Positions 13,578 through 25,200 of a stretch of 64,000 bases of DNA are shown here, piece after piece. Source of the stretch: Amphiscolops sp. MND2022 (lineage: Eukaryota); assembly GCA_964187785.1 (NCBI GenBank), contig OZ076413.1, positions 46,440,001-46,504,000 of the forward strand. Direction: 5' to 3'. Each line of letters starts with the position of its first letter. Positions within the stretch are counted from its first letter, which is position 1. Below the pieces are notes generated by a model. The model ran no database searches. It was given only the letters and a program-made list of their open reading frames with translations, and was not told where the DNA came from. The translations under genes and the position numbers were made by a program.

Positions 13578-13692
13578 ACACATGTGTACGAAGTAGCACT
13601 TGGTGGGTCCGTACACGAAACGGGCATAAGGTGGGACGTACACACTTTTCCCTTGGTGGGACATACACAAAATCTTTAACTTGGCTATTAAT

Positions 13693-14325
13693 AATACTTA
13701 TTGACATGCATTGGTGGGACCTTAACACAAAATCTTTTTGGCGATTTTCAGCTATCAAGAATACTTATTGACATGCATTGGTGGGACCTTAACACAAAAT
13801 ATTTTCAGCGATTTTCAGCTATCAAGAATACTTATTGACATGCATTGGTGGGACCTTAACACAAAATCCTTTCAGCGATTTTCAGCTATCAAGAATACTT
13901 ATTGACATGCATTGGTGGGACCTTAACACAAAATCTTTTCAGCGATTTTCAGCTATCAAGAATACCTATTGACATGCATTGTTGGGACCTTAACACAAAA
14001 TCTTTTCAGCGATTTTCAGCTATCAAGAATACTTATTGACATGCATTGGTGGGACTTAAACACAAAAGCTTTTTGGCGATTTTCAGCTATCAAGAATACT
14101 TTTTGACATGCATTGGTGGGACCTTAACACAAAACCTTTTCAGCGATTTTCAGCTATCAAGAATACTTATTGACATGCATTGGTGGGACCTTAACACAAA
14201 ATCTTTTCAGCGATTTTCAGCTATCAAGAATACTTATTGACATGCATTGGTGGGACCTTAACACAAAATCTTTTCAGCGATTTTCAGCTATCAAGAATAC
14301 TTATTGACATGCATTGGTGGGACCT
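13693..14325 (+). repeat. 67-bp tandem repeat, ~9.5 copies, each containing GCATTGGTGGGACC
   Basis: Unit TTATTGACATGCATTGGTGGGACCTTAACACAAAATCTTTTCAGCGATTTTCAGCTATCAAGAATAC starts at 13698, 13765, 13832 and so on. Confidence 0.97.
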
Positions 14326-14830
14326 CAAAACATAATTCTGTTTTCCGAATGTTATTCTTTACGAATGAAACTCTGTCATTGGAGAGAGCAAAGACACAAC
14401 GAATTTGGCTGGAAATTTATTGCAGTCATTATATTGACTTTAATTATTAATTGTTCACGCATTTAATATTTTTCAATCCCTGGTGACCAGTCTTTGGGCA
14501 ATTTTCAAATGGACTCAAGGTACTGATAATCATTGGTTTTAGTCAAAGTGACAGGTAAAATTTTCTCGGTAACCCCATATTTTTTGTACACCTTCTGAAT
14601 AATTTTCATATACTTTACTCTTGACAGTACACAGTTAGCTAGTAACAAGTTGACTGGTAAATTAAAAATCCAAGTCATTGCAAATCTTTTATTCAGCCCA
14701 AACAACGTTGTTACAACTCAAGTCAAGTATCGTAAAACCTGGATTTGTTTGAAAAGGTAAGTTTCATACTCGAGTGAAAGTTCATATGATTTTATCCTTC
14801 AATTATTGTTATCCTGTCACTGATAACTGA

Positions 14831-17800
14831 TCATTTTCTTGCGTCACTGATGGTCATGTTCCGTATTTTATCTTTGATATCCTGCCACTTTGAAGCATGG
14901 GGATATTTTTTCATTGCCTCCAAACAAACTGCTCGGCCAGGCAGTCGTCCTTGCTTCATCTCTTCTCGGAATTGTTTCCTCAGCCTTTTTTCTTGATCCA
15001 GCGGCCATGTTCGTCGTGTAGTACCACCAGGCTTAGGCTTTTTCTTACCACCAGTAGTTTTCTTTCGATTCCTTTTGATTGTTGTAATAATATCATCCGA
15101 AATGTCACCCGTGTCACCATCGCCTGTTCCAAGTGAGAGACTGTTTTTGCTTCCCGAGGTTGAGGCCTTGGACCTTCTCAGTGAATTGTCTGCGCCGTCA
15201 CCGGATCTCGCATGATTGGTATCGTCTTGGACTTCGGTTTCGTTATCCTTGAAAAACAAATTCCAATTACTCAAATGAAGTCAACCTGTTTCTAACTAAA
15301 CGATTTTGTTTTGGCTATGCTATACAAAGTTACTATTTTATAATTTTAAATTCAAAAGTTTTATAGTTCAAAAGTTACAATACTCTTTGATGTTTTCGAG
15401 AGTTTTGAAAAGAAACGCGACGTGATAGAGAATAGGCCTGCATTGCCTAGATGCATGTGTATTATGCACAATTAGGATGTGTATTGTTTCGTTGGGAGTA
15501 TGATCCAAAAGAAACGCAATGTGAAGAAGAGGTTTGTATTGCTTCAGTAGAAACTTTATACGAAAATAAACGAAGATCCGAATTATCCGGTTACGAATTA
15601 AATGAAATTGACTGTACTGTTATCTGAAGTAATCAGAAGAATCAATGGTTGGCTTTATAAAAAAATAGGTAAGAAAAAATCTATTCTTTCCAGTTGATGA
15701 CAGTTCCTGAATAGGTTTGAATTTCTTTTCCGCGTGCTATGTTAAAACTGGACACGAAGTTACTGATCTCTTGAAAATCAATGTTTTCCAGATTTGCCAG
15801 ATGGAGCAAATAATATTGAGTTCATTGACTTTGGACGACCAAGTTCTGAAGCAATCGACTTTAGATCACATTGCGTTTCTTTTTAACCAATTCCCAATCA
15901 AATATCTTCATCTTCACAAACTAGCGTTGGATTGCATGTTATGATTATACTTATGATAATTATAACTGAAATTGAATTCCAGCATGTAATGTTTCAGTGG
16001 GTTTTTGTTTTTTTCGATAGATTATTCCCGGACCCGTAGGGGATTTTCTTTATTGCAATAGTACAAATATCAAAACCTATTTTTTTTATTTAATCCGGAC
16101 TGATATTTTCAAAAACTACAAAACTAACCGAGTCGTCCAACTCGCCATCCTCCAGTGTTGGTTGAATTGTGTCAAGGTCTTTCGAATAGGCTTCCTCGAG
16201 TTTACCGCTGTCGACCATATACAACAATTTTGTAACTTTTGCTAGATTTACGGCATCAGTGTGCATCCTGTAATACTTGTCGTGAACCCTTAAGTCATGA
16301 CCCAGAAAATCAGCAACCCAAGTCCTCTGGTGCTGTGGTAAGTTCAAAAACTGTGCTGCTGTCGCCATATACTTTCGAAGCTTCGTTGACCTGAACAAAG
16401 GTTTGTTCTCCAGCTCAAAGTCTTTAGCGAACTTGTTCAGTGCCTCAGCGCTCCGGTAATGCAGTTTTCCACCTTCTGTTTGGAAGAAGTACGTTTCATT
16501 TTTCAAGTTGTCATCATTTATCATGATATCAATAAGTTTGAGTGTGTCCGGTGGCACCAGCACAGGGACAACTTTTCCTCCCTTACCAGGAAGTCGGAGG
16601 AGTGTGTAGACTTCTGCGAACTTTTCCTCTAGTTTTGTAAGCTTCACGAGCTCGTTATCCGCTGTCTTTGCTCGTTCACTGGCAAGACTCCGTTGTAGTA
16701 TCATATCTCTTCTTTTGATTCCAGAAACTTCACGATCACGCTTCTTGTTGAAACTAACAAGATCAGCTATCACAGTTAGTTTGAGTTCGGCATAGTTATA
16801 CTTAGTCAGTTCGAGGAGTTCTCGCACTTTTTTTCCAATGCTTTGCCGGAATTTAATGATGTCCGTAGTGGGAATAACCAGATGTATGCTCTCATTTTGC
16901 TTCTTGACCAACCTAGAAAAACACAAGGTGATTAGATTTGGGAAAGAAAAGGCTGAAAACGTTTATCAGCTAGTTTTAGGGGGCCTAAATAAAACGTGTG
17001 GAGCAACTTTTTACATTGTGGCTTCTTTTACTTGAATTGTTGAGCAAACCAGACTTAGTGGGACATAAACCCGCTCTTTTACTTGGCCTTGGTGGGACGC
17101 ACACTAAGTGAGACATAAAAGGTGGGCCCGCTATTAGGACTAGAGCAAAACGACTGAAATTGGCTAAGTAACTATTTTAGACAAAGTTCCACTACGTTTC
17201 TCACACTCCGAAACTACAATTTTTTTCAAATTTTTGCCAAAATTCGATACTTTTTGTAAATATTTGCCTCAATAGTTTTTGAATGGTTCCAACTTACTCG
17301 TATTTAGCAGGTGCGGATATTTGAGCCCATTCAGTGTCAATAATTTTCTGAAACTGTTTAGCTTGTTGAGATATCTCCTTCTTCTCCCACACGAAAGCTT
17401 GATTTTGCAGAAATGCAGCAGCTGTTTTCAGAATCGATCCCATTTTCACTTGGTAGGATTTTGCAAAATTTTTTGACACCGCTTCTTTCACTTTTGACCA
17501 CATGTCTGGTCTGATTAGTTCGATCAAATATGAGCATTCCAGTTGGAGAACAAGTTTGGCCATTACTCGCATTCTGTCCCTGATCTGATTGTAGCCTTCG
17601 TCTGATTTTCGCTTGTTGAAATAATATTCCCCAACATACTTTATAAGGGGGTCATTTCGTATTAGTTCTGCAACTGGATCGTTTCTTAAATTGTTATAAA
17701 GGAATTCCTGGAATGGTGTGTTATGATTTGCTTTGATTTCAAGCATCAACGCAAAGATGGCAGCTTTGATGTTTTTGTTTTTTCCTTCCTTATGGCTAGA

Positions 17801-20800
17801 CTTGGTAACTGCCGGGCAGTCTAGTTTGTGCCGGTACATGGTTTTTCTCATGAAGAAGCCAAGACAATCGGGGCAAGGAGCATAGTTATCAGCTGTTGGA
17901 TTCTCCGTTTCCGTTGGGTCCCTGACTACGATCAGTTTGTCAGTGAATCTGTTCGTATCTATGCATTTTTTGAAAACCGCGATGTTATATTTGTACTGGC
18001 CTTCATATGTGATCAAGCGGTATGTTTGCTCTTTCTCTTTATGAAGTTTCCTCAAATCGCGTTCAGTTGTCGCGATTTCCTTACTTCCTTCTAATTCTTC
18101 TATTTCTAGATTTATTCGCCTAAGGTTACTGACGCGGAGCTCTCTTTGATGGAATGATTGCAAATGGCGATGTAATTTGGCGACCATTGTCGCATCTTTG
18201 ATATCTTCGAAAGGACAGTAAGGACAACATTTCTTCTTTTTGTATTTACCTTCAGAGACAACAATCTGGATCTTCCTGAGATACTTTGAGTTGAATCTCC
18301 ATTTTCCGGAACAATTAGCGTTGACATTTTGTTGCATGTCGTCTTCAATGTTATCATAGCCGTCCATAGTGTTTGCAACATCATCTGGTCTTGTAGACGA
18401 CGTTGAAGCTAGTGCGGTCTGATAACTACTCTCACTGATCTGAGAAATGCCTTCTCCCAATACCACTGTCTGATTTGATGAAACTTTATTGGGTGTACTT
18501 GGCGCTCTTTCAGCTGTTGATGCAGTTTCTGTTTCTTCTTCTGAAGACAGTTCCTCGCTACCTTCATCCTCATCAACAATGTAACTTTCACATGAAGATT
18601 CAGATGTTTCCGACGACGAATCGTCGCTGGAACTCTCGCTTGATTGTTCAGGTATGTTGCTGTGTTCTTCGGCTGAGTCAGAATCCAAATCTTCCTCAGG
18701 CTTCGGCGTTAAGTATTCGCGTCCTTTGTTGAGAATTCTCAAAGCCCTTGATGTTCCCTCAGAGAGCTCCAACTGCTTAAAAAGGGAGAATCTTATTCTT
18801 TCTGGAACAACACAGTTCCGAAAAAAATATTTCGCTCTAAAACCACAGTGGCTTCCTTTTGGACTAAAATTGTATTGAGGTTATTTCCAGATGATGAAGC
18901 ATTATAATCTACATTCGTTCACAATGCGTTTGTTTTTACATGCAAAATTCTTTTCACATGATTAAACTTAACAATTAAAAAAAACTTTTACCAGCATGAT
19001 TTTAAAATCCTGTGGCACTTCAATGAATGAGGTGCATGAAAGCCATCAAATTGTTTTCTTTTTGAGGTGCAAACGCAACCAAAAAATGATTTTTCAAAAA
19101 GTCAGTAATTTCAAATCTTAAACGGGTAATTAATGAAATTGTGCTTACCTTCTGAGGTATTATACATTCGTTTTTGGCTCCGAAAGGTGTTTTTGGTTTT
19201 CTTCCTTCTAGTTCAGTCATTTTGGCATACGATGCTTCAATGCTTCTAGTTACATTCTTCGGTTTCCGTGGTTGTTTAGAAGCTTTCGCTTCTGTGTCAG
19301 TAGTTTTGTTTTTCTCAACATTGCTAGATTGGTTTTGCGATGATTTTGTTGAGATCCTCGGTTCCGTGTCCCCGTCTTTGCGTAACGGGTTAGGAGCCTT
19401 CTCTTCTGTGTCAGTAGTTTTGTTTTTCTTTTTTTTTGCTAGATTTGTTTTGCGATGATTTTGTTGAGATCCTCGGTTCCGTGTCCCCGTCTTTGCGTAA
19501 CGGGTTAGGAGCCTTCTCTTCTGTGTCAGTAGTTTTGTTTTTCTCAACTTTGCTAGATTGGTTTTGCGATGATTTTGTTGAGATCCTCGGTTCCGTGTCC
19601 CCGTCTTTGCGTAACGGGTTAGGAGCTTTCTCTTCTGTGTCAGTAGTTTTGTTTTTCTCATTTTTGCTAGACTGGTTTTGCGATGATTTTGTTGAGATCC
19701 TCGGTTCCGTGCCCCCCCGTCTCTCTTCTGTGTCAGTAGTTTTGTTTTTCTCAACTTTGCTAGATTGGTTTTGCGATGATTTTGTTGAGATCCTCGGTTC
19801 CGTGTCCCCTTCTTTGCGTAACGGGTTAAGAGCCTTCTCTTCTGTGTCAGTAGTTTTGTTTTTCTCAACTTTGCTAGATTGGTTTTGCGATGATTTTGTT
19901 GAGATCCTCAGTTCCGTGTCCCCTTCTTTGCGTAACGGGTTAAGAGCCTTCCCTTCTGTGTCAGTAGTTTTGCTTTTCTCAACTTTGCTAGATTGGTTTT
20001 GCGATGACTTTGTTGAGATCCTCTGTTCCGTGTCCCCCGCATTGTTGTGTAATGTGTTAGGAGGTTTTTCTACTGTGTCCGCTGCGTTTTGTATCTCAAT
20101 GTTGTTAGATTCGTTGCATGATTGCAATGGCACAGGCTGAAGTGGAATTGTGAGGTTCTTCGCACTAAGATTGGGATACAAATTGGAAACCTCTTTCACT
20201 GGAACTTCAGATTCTTTTCCTTTTCTTTGCGTTGTTGATGAAATTCTTTTTTCGGAATCACCGGGTTTTACTTTTTTAGGTCCAGATTGTTTGAAGAGAG
20301 TTTCCAGTTTCTTCTTCCTTGTCACTGTTATGAAGGGCTCGTCCACATTACGAGATATTTTGTTTTTGGAATCAGCGGCTTCTATATTATCTATATTACT
20401 TTTGGTTCCCGGAGCTTGAGGATTTCGTCTCCATTCTGCATGAGGAAAACCATAATCATAGCGCAACTCCTCACCTGTGAATATGAACGGATAAACAAGA
20501 ATGATCAATTGAGAATTGTTTCTTTTAATTGTCTCACAAAAATGACTTCGGTGGAAACTTCGGCAATAGGCAGTGTTTTTCAATTTTCAGATGTCCCGTT
20601 AAGGCCGTGCAAAAATAAGGCCGTTTACGATACCAGAATTGGTGGGACATAGATTCCGTTTTTTACTCAGCCTTGGTGGTACCTCATACGAAACATAGTG
20701 CAAAATGCCTGGAATTTGCTACGAAACCGTTAAGGCAGTGTAAAATAATAGCCTGGTACTTCCAAGTGTGTATTACTGCAAAACCGTTCAATGTATCGTT

Positions 20801-21306
20801 ACGCTTTGATCAACACTTGCTAGGACACTGATACCTTTTTCACTGGAAGTTGGTGGGACTCACACTCAGTGCCTTAAATGGCCTTCTGTCTTGTAAAAAA
20901 AATCAAACTAATCAGACTGAATCGGGCGAGTTGCCAGGAAGATGCAATGGTTTCTACCTTGGTCATCAGTGACCTTCTTCATCCGACAGTTAGCAGCCAC
21001 TGCTCTGTCCTTGTCGTTGATGAATCGAGCCATTCCTGAATTCTTTTCGTCAGAAGTGTCAATGAATACCGCTTGTTTCCCTTCTTGCAGTTCCATCACA
21101 TAGTCGAAGTTGGACGTTTTTGTTGTACTTCTCGGTCCCCAGTAAGTGAGCAAAAATTCTTTGTCGTCAAAACTTCTGTTAGCGAAAAGCCCTCGCCCCG
21201 TGGCCCCGTTTGCAAACTGTACAGTTTTCACTTGGAAGCCTTCTGGGTCTGAGTAAAGAAAAGAGCTCCAGGGCTCTGCTTTCCGGGCAGCACTTCTTGT
21301 TGACAT
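14831..21306 (-). CDS. SET-domain / zinc-finger / tyrosine-recombinase fusion protein (Crypton-like), 5 exons, ~1464 aa; this copy has an AT donor and a homopolymer frameshift
   Basis: Exons 21306-20913, 20474-19149, 18772-17298, 16912-16129 and 15247-14831 join in phase. SET motifs: GRGLFA, ARFIN, and GEELRYDYG formed across intron 1. Zn motifs: CPYC..H...H and CPDC..H...C. YR catalytic set: FNKKR.REV, GKGGK.VPV, RSTKLRKY, FLGHDLRVHDKYY. C-terminal W...F...PG...C...W..IK.KIRN helical domain. Confidence 0.85.
19290..20037 (-). repeat. 114-bp (38-aa) coding tandem repeat, 7 copies, in exon 2 of the SET-YR gene
   Basis: DTEPRISTKSSQNQSSKVEKNKTTDTEEKAPNPLRKDG is repeated; one unit is shortened, and there is a +1 T in a T-run near 19430. 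Confidence 0.95.
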
Positions 21307-21672
21307 TCAAGTCCTAGAAAGTTACGTTTAAAGAAGTCCTGACAGACAAGAAATCGTTTCTAACCCCATCTCACTAGTGAACTCGATGTACATTTGTAAG
21401 CTTACAAAACATTGAATTAAAAAACCACTCCGAAGAAATGCTTTAATTACGAAAGACCATTAGTACAACTGATACTTCCAGATTCTGTAAGGTAGTAACA
21501 ATTGATTTAAGCAAAAACAAAGTTACACGTAGCCTACAAGTCGGAAGAATCATTGAGCAAATTCAGAGTTGAGGCTGAATTTTTTGCCTCAATTGTTCTC
21601 TTGAATTCACAAAATCCACAACATTTGTACATTCATCATAAGAAACTTTCGATTTTTTCTATACCTTGTATA

Positions 21673-22071
21673 CAGAGGTATGACAGCGATAGCGACAATT
21701 CAGCATGAATTAGCGATAGCGATAGTTAGCGACAAATTAAAGCGTTAGCGAACATTTTTTCAACTAGAAATTCAAAATTAACTAATGCAAAAAATTATTG
21801 CGAATAACTTGACACATCATTTTGGCTTTTTCCTTTCGAACAGTTATTCGATGAGCCCGGCTTTGTAGGCGAAGTACAATTTGCCCAAAACTTCAAAATT
21901 TATTAATTTTAAAGTACATTCTGAAATTTTCATATGATCTTTCTGAAAATCAGGTTTTTAAAATAGTGATAGCGTTAGCGAACCACCCATTTTGTTGTAG
22001 CGATAGCGATGAAATCAAGCCATTAGCGATGTTAGCGATTTGCGATAAAATTGTTAGCGATCACACCTCTG
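21673..22071. mobile_element. hAT-like MITE
   Basis: TIRs CAGAGGTATGA / TCACACCTCTG, 8-bp TSD CTTGTATA / CTGGTATA, internal TAGCGA repeats. Confidence 0.75.
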
Positions 22072-22261
22072 CTGGTATAGTATTTACTACGTAAGTAAAA
22101 AAAGTAAGCAAAAGTGCTCAGTAAGTAAAAAACACATGACACTAAATAAAGAAAGCAAACTGTTTGCATGTTCATCAGTCAATAAAGAGCCGAAAATCAA
22201 GTTTTGAAACTGAAATTGAAGACTTCCTCAAGCTGCACTTTCTGGACTCTGTTGTTTCTCC

Positions 22262-25200
22262 TCAACGTTGTAGCCACTCCTCAATTACATCCCAATGCAA
22301 GTCGCTGACAGTTGCTGCATAGCGATACAAGAACTCTGCCCAGGGATTTTCCAGCGGAAATTCTTTACCAGTTGGTCGCTCATCAGCTTTTATGATCTGC
22401 AGCATCTCACGCATGGCGGCTTTCGTGATAGGACTCACGCGGTTTTTATTAGCCCATTCCATGTAGAGCTGCATCACTATCAAACCTGGGAAGTTTGGGA
22501 ACAAGAAACGTCTTGCCAAACCTGCGTCTAGCTCCTTCTTGAAGGCTAGGGCACTCTGGTGGAGGTGGGTTTCCATAATGAAGTTACACGCATAAGCAAT
22601 GCTATCAACAGGGGTGTGAACAAAGTGAATCCACTGGCTTGGTAAGAAGATAGCGTCTCCTTCTTCTACCACAATATGATAGCATGTGACATCTCGATGG
22701 AAATCGAAGAAAGTGGAGCTGAAAACAACATTAATCAAAGTTGAGAGAACTAACTTCTACTTTAAACATCGGAAATTTTCTAAGAAGTTTCAGCCCCTTG
22801 AAGGTATCTTGTAACTCGTGAAAAGCAAACCCTTTTTGGAAATATCTTCAGTCATAACCTTCAGCTTTTAACAGTTGATGACAACAATCACATAACCAAT
22901 TACAACTTAACAATAAGGAAAAAGATCACAATTATTAATCTAAACTGAAGTAAAAACTGAGTTTTCCTTTTTACAAACCTTTTCCATTCACTCTCTCGCC
23001 ATTCGTCAAAACGCTGTTGGGCTTTCTGGGTTGGCTCCACGATGAAAAATTCTTTCCTTCCCTTCAACAAAAAGTAAAAAACAGAAGTTCCGGTGAAATC
23101 CTGATGCCAATCCGTCTGTGCTTCCTGTTCAGTCATCAAGAGGTAATTGCTGATGCCAGCAGTGAAGTCAAACTCTTCTCGGATTGAGGGATCCATTCTT
23201 GAGGTGTAAGTATGACCCAGAGAATATTCTTTTATCAAGTTTGGAATCGAAAATGTGTGTTTCATTGTCCTCTGATGCGGACCAATGTCAAGGTCGATGA
23301 TGTTCATTGGATGAAGATCTTGCTCGCGGAATGGGTCTTCATGATGCCCCAAAAAACTTGCCAAGGTCATATTGTTCTCCACTTCCTGGAGTGCTGAAAA
23401 ACACACATTTACTTTCCTGCTGCAAGGGATTCCCTCAGTTATTTTACGGAAGGTACCGTGTATGGCACTAGGAACAACAAGACCAGCAAGTTTGCCCCTA
23501 GCTTGTCTCAAAACTACAGGACATGGTGTACTTCTCGTCATTCGGTTCTTGAAATCCTGGCGGTTGTTGACAGTGAAACTTTGGGTGACTGGTACTTTCC
23601 CTCGAATTAAATCCAAAAACTTTTTTGAACCAACTTTGGAACGATTGTGTGAACCCCATTTGAAGGAATCTAAATACGGCAGTTCAATTTCCGGTATCTT
23701 TTGTTTTTCTTTCAGAGCAGTCTCTTCTTCAAGAGCAATCTCTCCTCCGGGAGCAGTCTCTTCTTCAGGAGCAGTCTCTTCTTCAGGAGCAGTCTCTTCT
23801 TCAGGAGCATTCTCTTCTTCAGTAGCAGTCTCTTCTTCACGAGCAGTCTCTTCACGAGCAGTCACTTCACGAGCAGTCTCTCTTTCTCTAGGAGGGGTTA
23901 TTAATTCGGGGGGAAACACTTCACCAGAAGCAATTACTTCTTCAAAAGTAACTGTTTCACCGAAAAGTTCTCCTAGGGGAGGAACAGACTGTTGCCTTTC
24001 AGGGCTAACTCTGGGTGTCCTGTCGAGAGAAGTTGTTGCAGCATCGGGTTCGGGAGAAGGTACATCATCTCCGGTTACATCAACAGGAACATCTACTGGA
24101 GTTGTAATACACGATGTGGTTCTAGCTTGCAGACCTCTACATTGTTTATTTGTTTGTCGATGACGGAGCAAATCGAAATGTCTCGTTAGTATCTTCCCAC
24201 AAGAATTGCATTCGAATGAGCCCTTCTGACGTTCTGAAACAAGTTTTAGTTGATACGTTATTAAAGACTTTCATCTATATATTTATCTGAATTTGTTTTC
24301 CCGTAGAATTTTTTAGGTTTGTGATTTGTTTATATCACTTTAAATGCGTTTGATTCTTTCATTGGTATGAGTCTTCAATGTATTCAATTCATCAATATCT
24401 TGATAATTCTGGCATGACTGGGTGTTAGGCCGTGCTTCAATAGTTACAATACCGTGGGGACCAAAACGCACTTGGTGGGACATGGACCTGCTTTTTTACA
24501 ACATGTCACTCAATCAACCATCAGTACAAAAAACCTATAAACGGTAATCAGTGAATACCAATAAGACTTTTTGTTCTGGTGATCAATATAAATACATATC
24601 ATTTCCAGGAAACTTCTTCACTTGTTTATGCAAAGCCGGCTTAGTGGGACATAGACCCCTTTTTTAAAAGGCCTTGGTGGGACATAAAAGTTGAGAGCCG
24701 CTATGAAACATTTTTACGCCATTATAAACAGCCCCGTTATAAACAGCTGACCGTGTTTGTTCACTAAACTGTTTGAGTCGAAAAATAATTATATCTGTTT
24801 AAAAATATTTATTTAAAAATACTTATTTTTACAACCTTGCATAGACCCCACTTTTCACTAGGCCTTGGTGGGAAATAAAATGTATATTCATGTACTTCTT
24901 TATTGGATTTATTATATGATTATCAATTGTAAGTGTTTTCCACGTATTGAATGATTTTGTACTCATGTTTTTTATTTCAAACACTTTATCAGGATCTTTT
25001 CTGTTTACCAAAGCCAATCCCCCTCACAGTAAGAGCGAAAATTGTAATTTTCCCCAGAATCAACGATGAGTTTTATTCAGGTGCAGTTAGAGTTACAATA
25101 GTGTAAGAAAAGAACTGAACCCTTATTTGTGAGAAATAATTTGGACTGCATGTAAACATAGCAAGGATAAATTGAATGTCTAAGATAATGGGCATAATCG

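Noticed and set aside
13693..14325. CRISPR-like array
   Set aside because: The whole 67-bp unit repeats with no unique spacers, there are no cas genes, and the context is eukaryotic.
16090..16926. Bacterial or phage integrase contamination, or a DIRS retroelement
   Set aside because: The gene has in-phase spliceosomal introns and a fused SET domain, and no linked RT/RNase H was found.
19436..20140. 234-aa plus-strand hydrophobic repeat ORF
   Set aside because: Antisense shadow of the 114-bp coding repeat in the SET-YR gene.
23372..24163. 263-aa plus-strand ORF
   Set aside because: Antisense shadow of JmjC exon 3.
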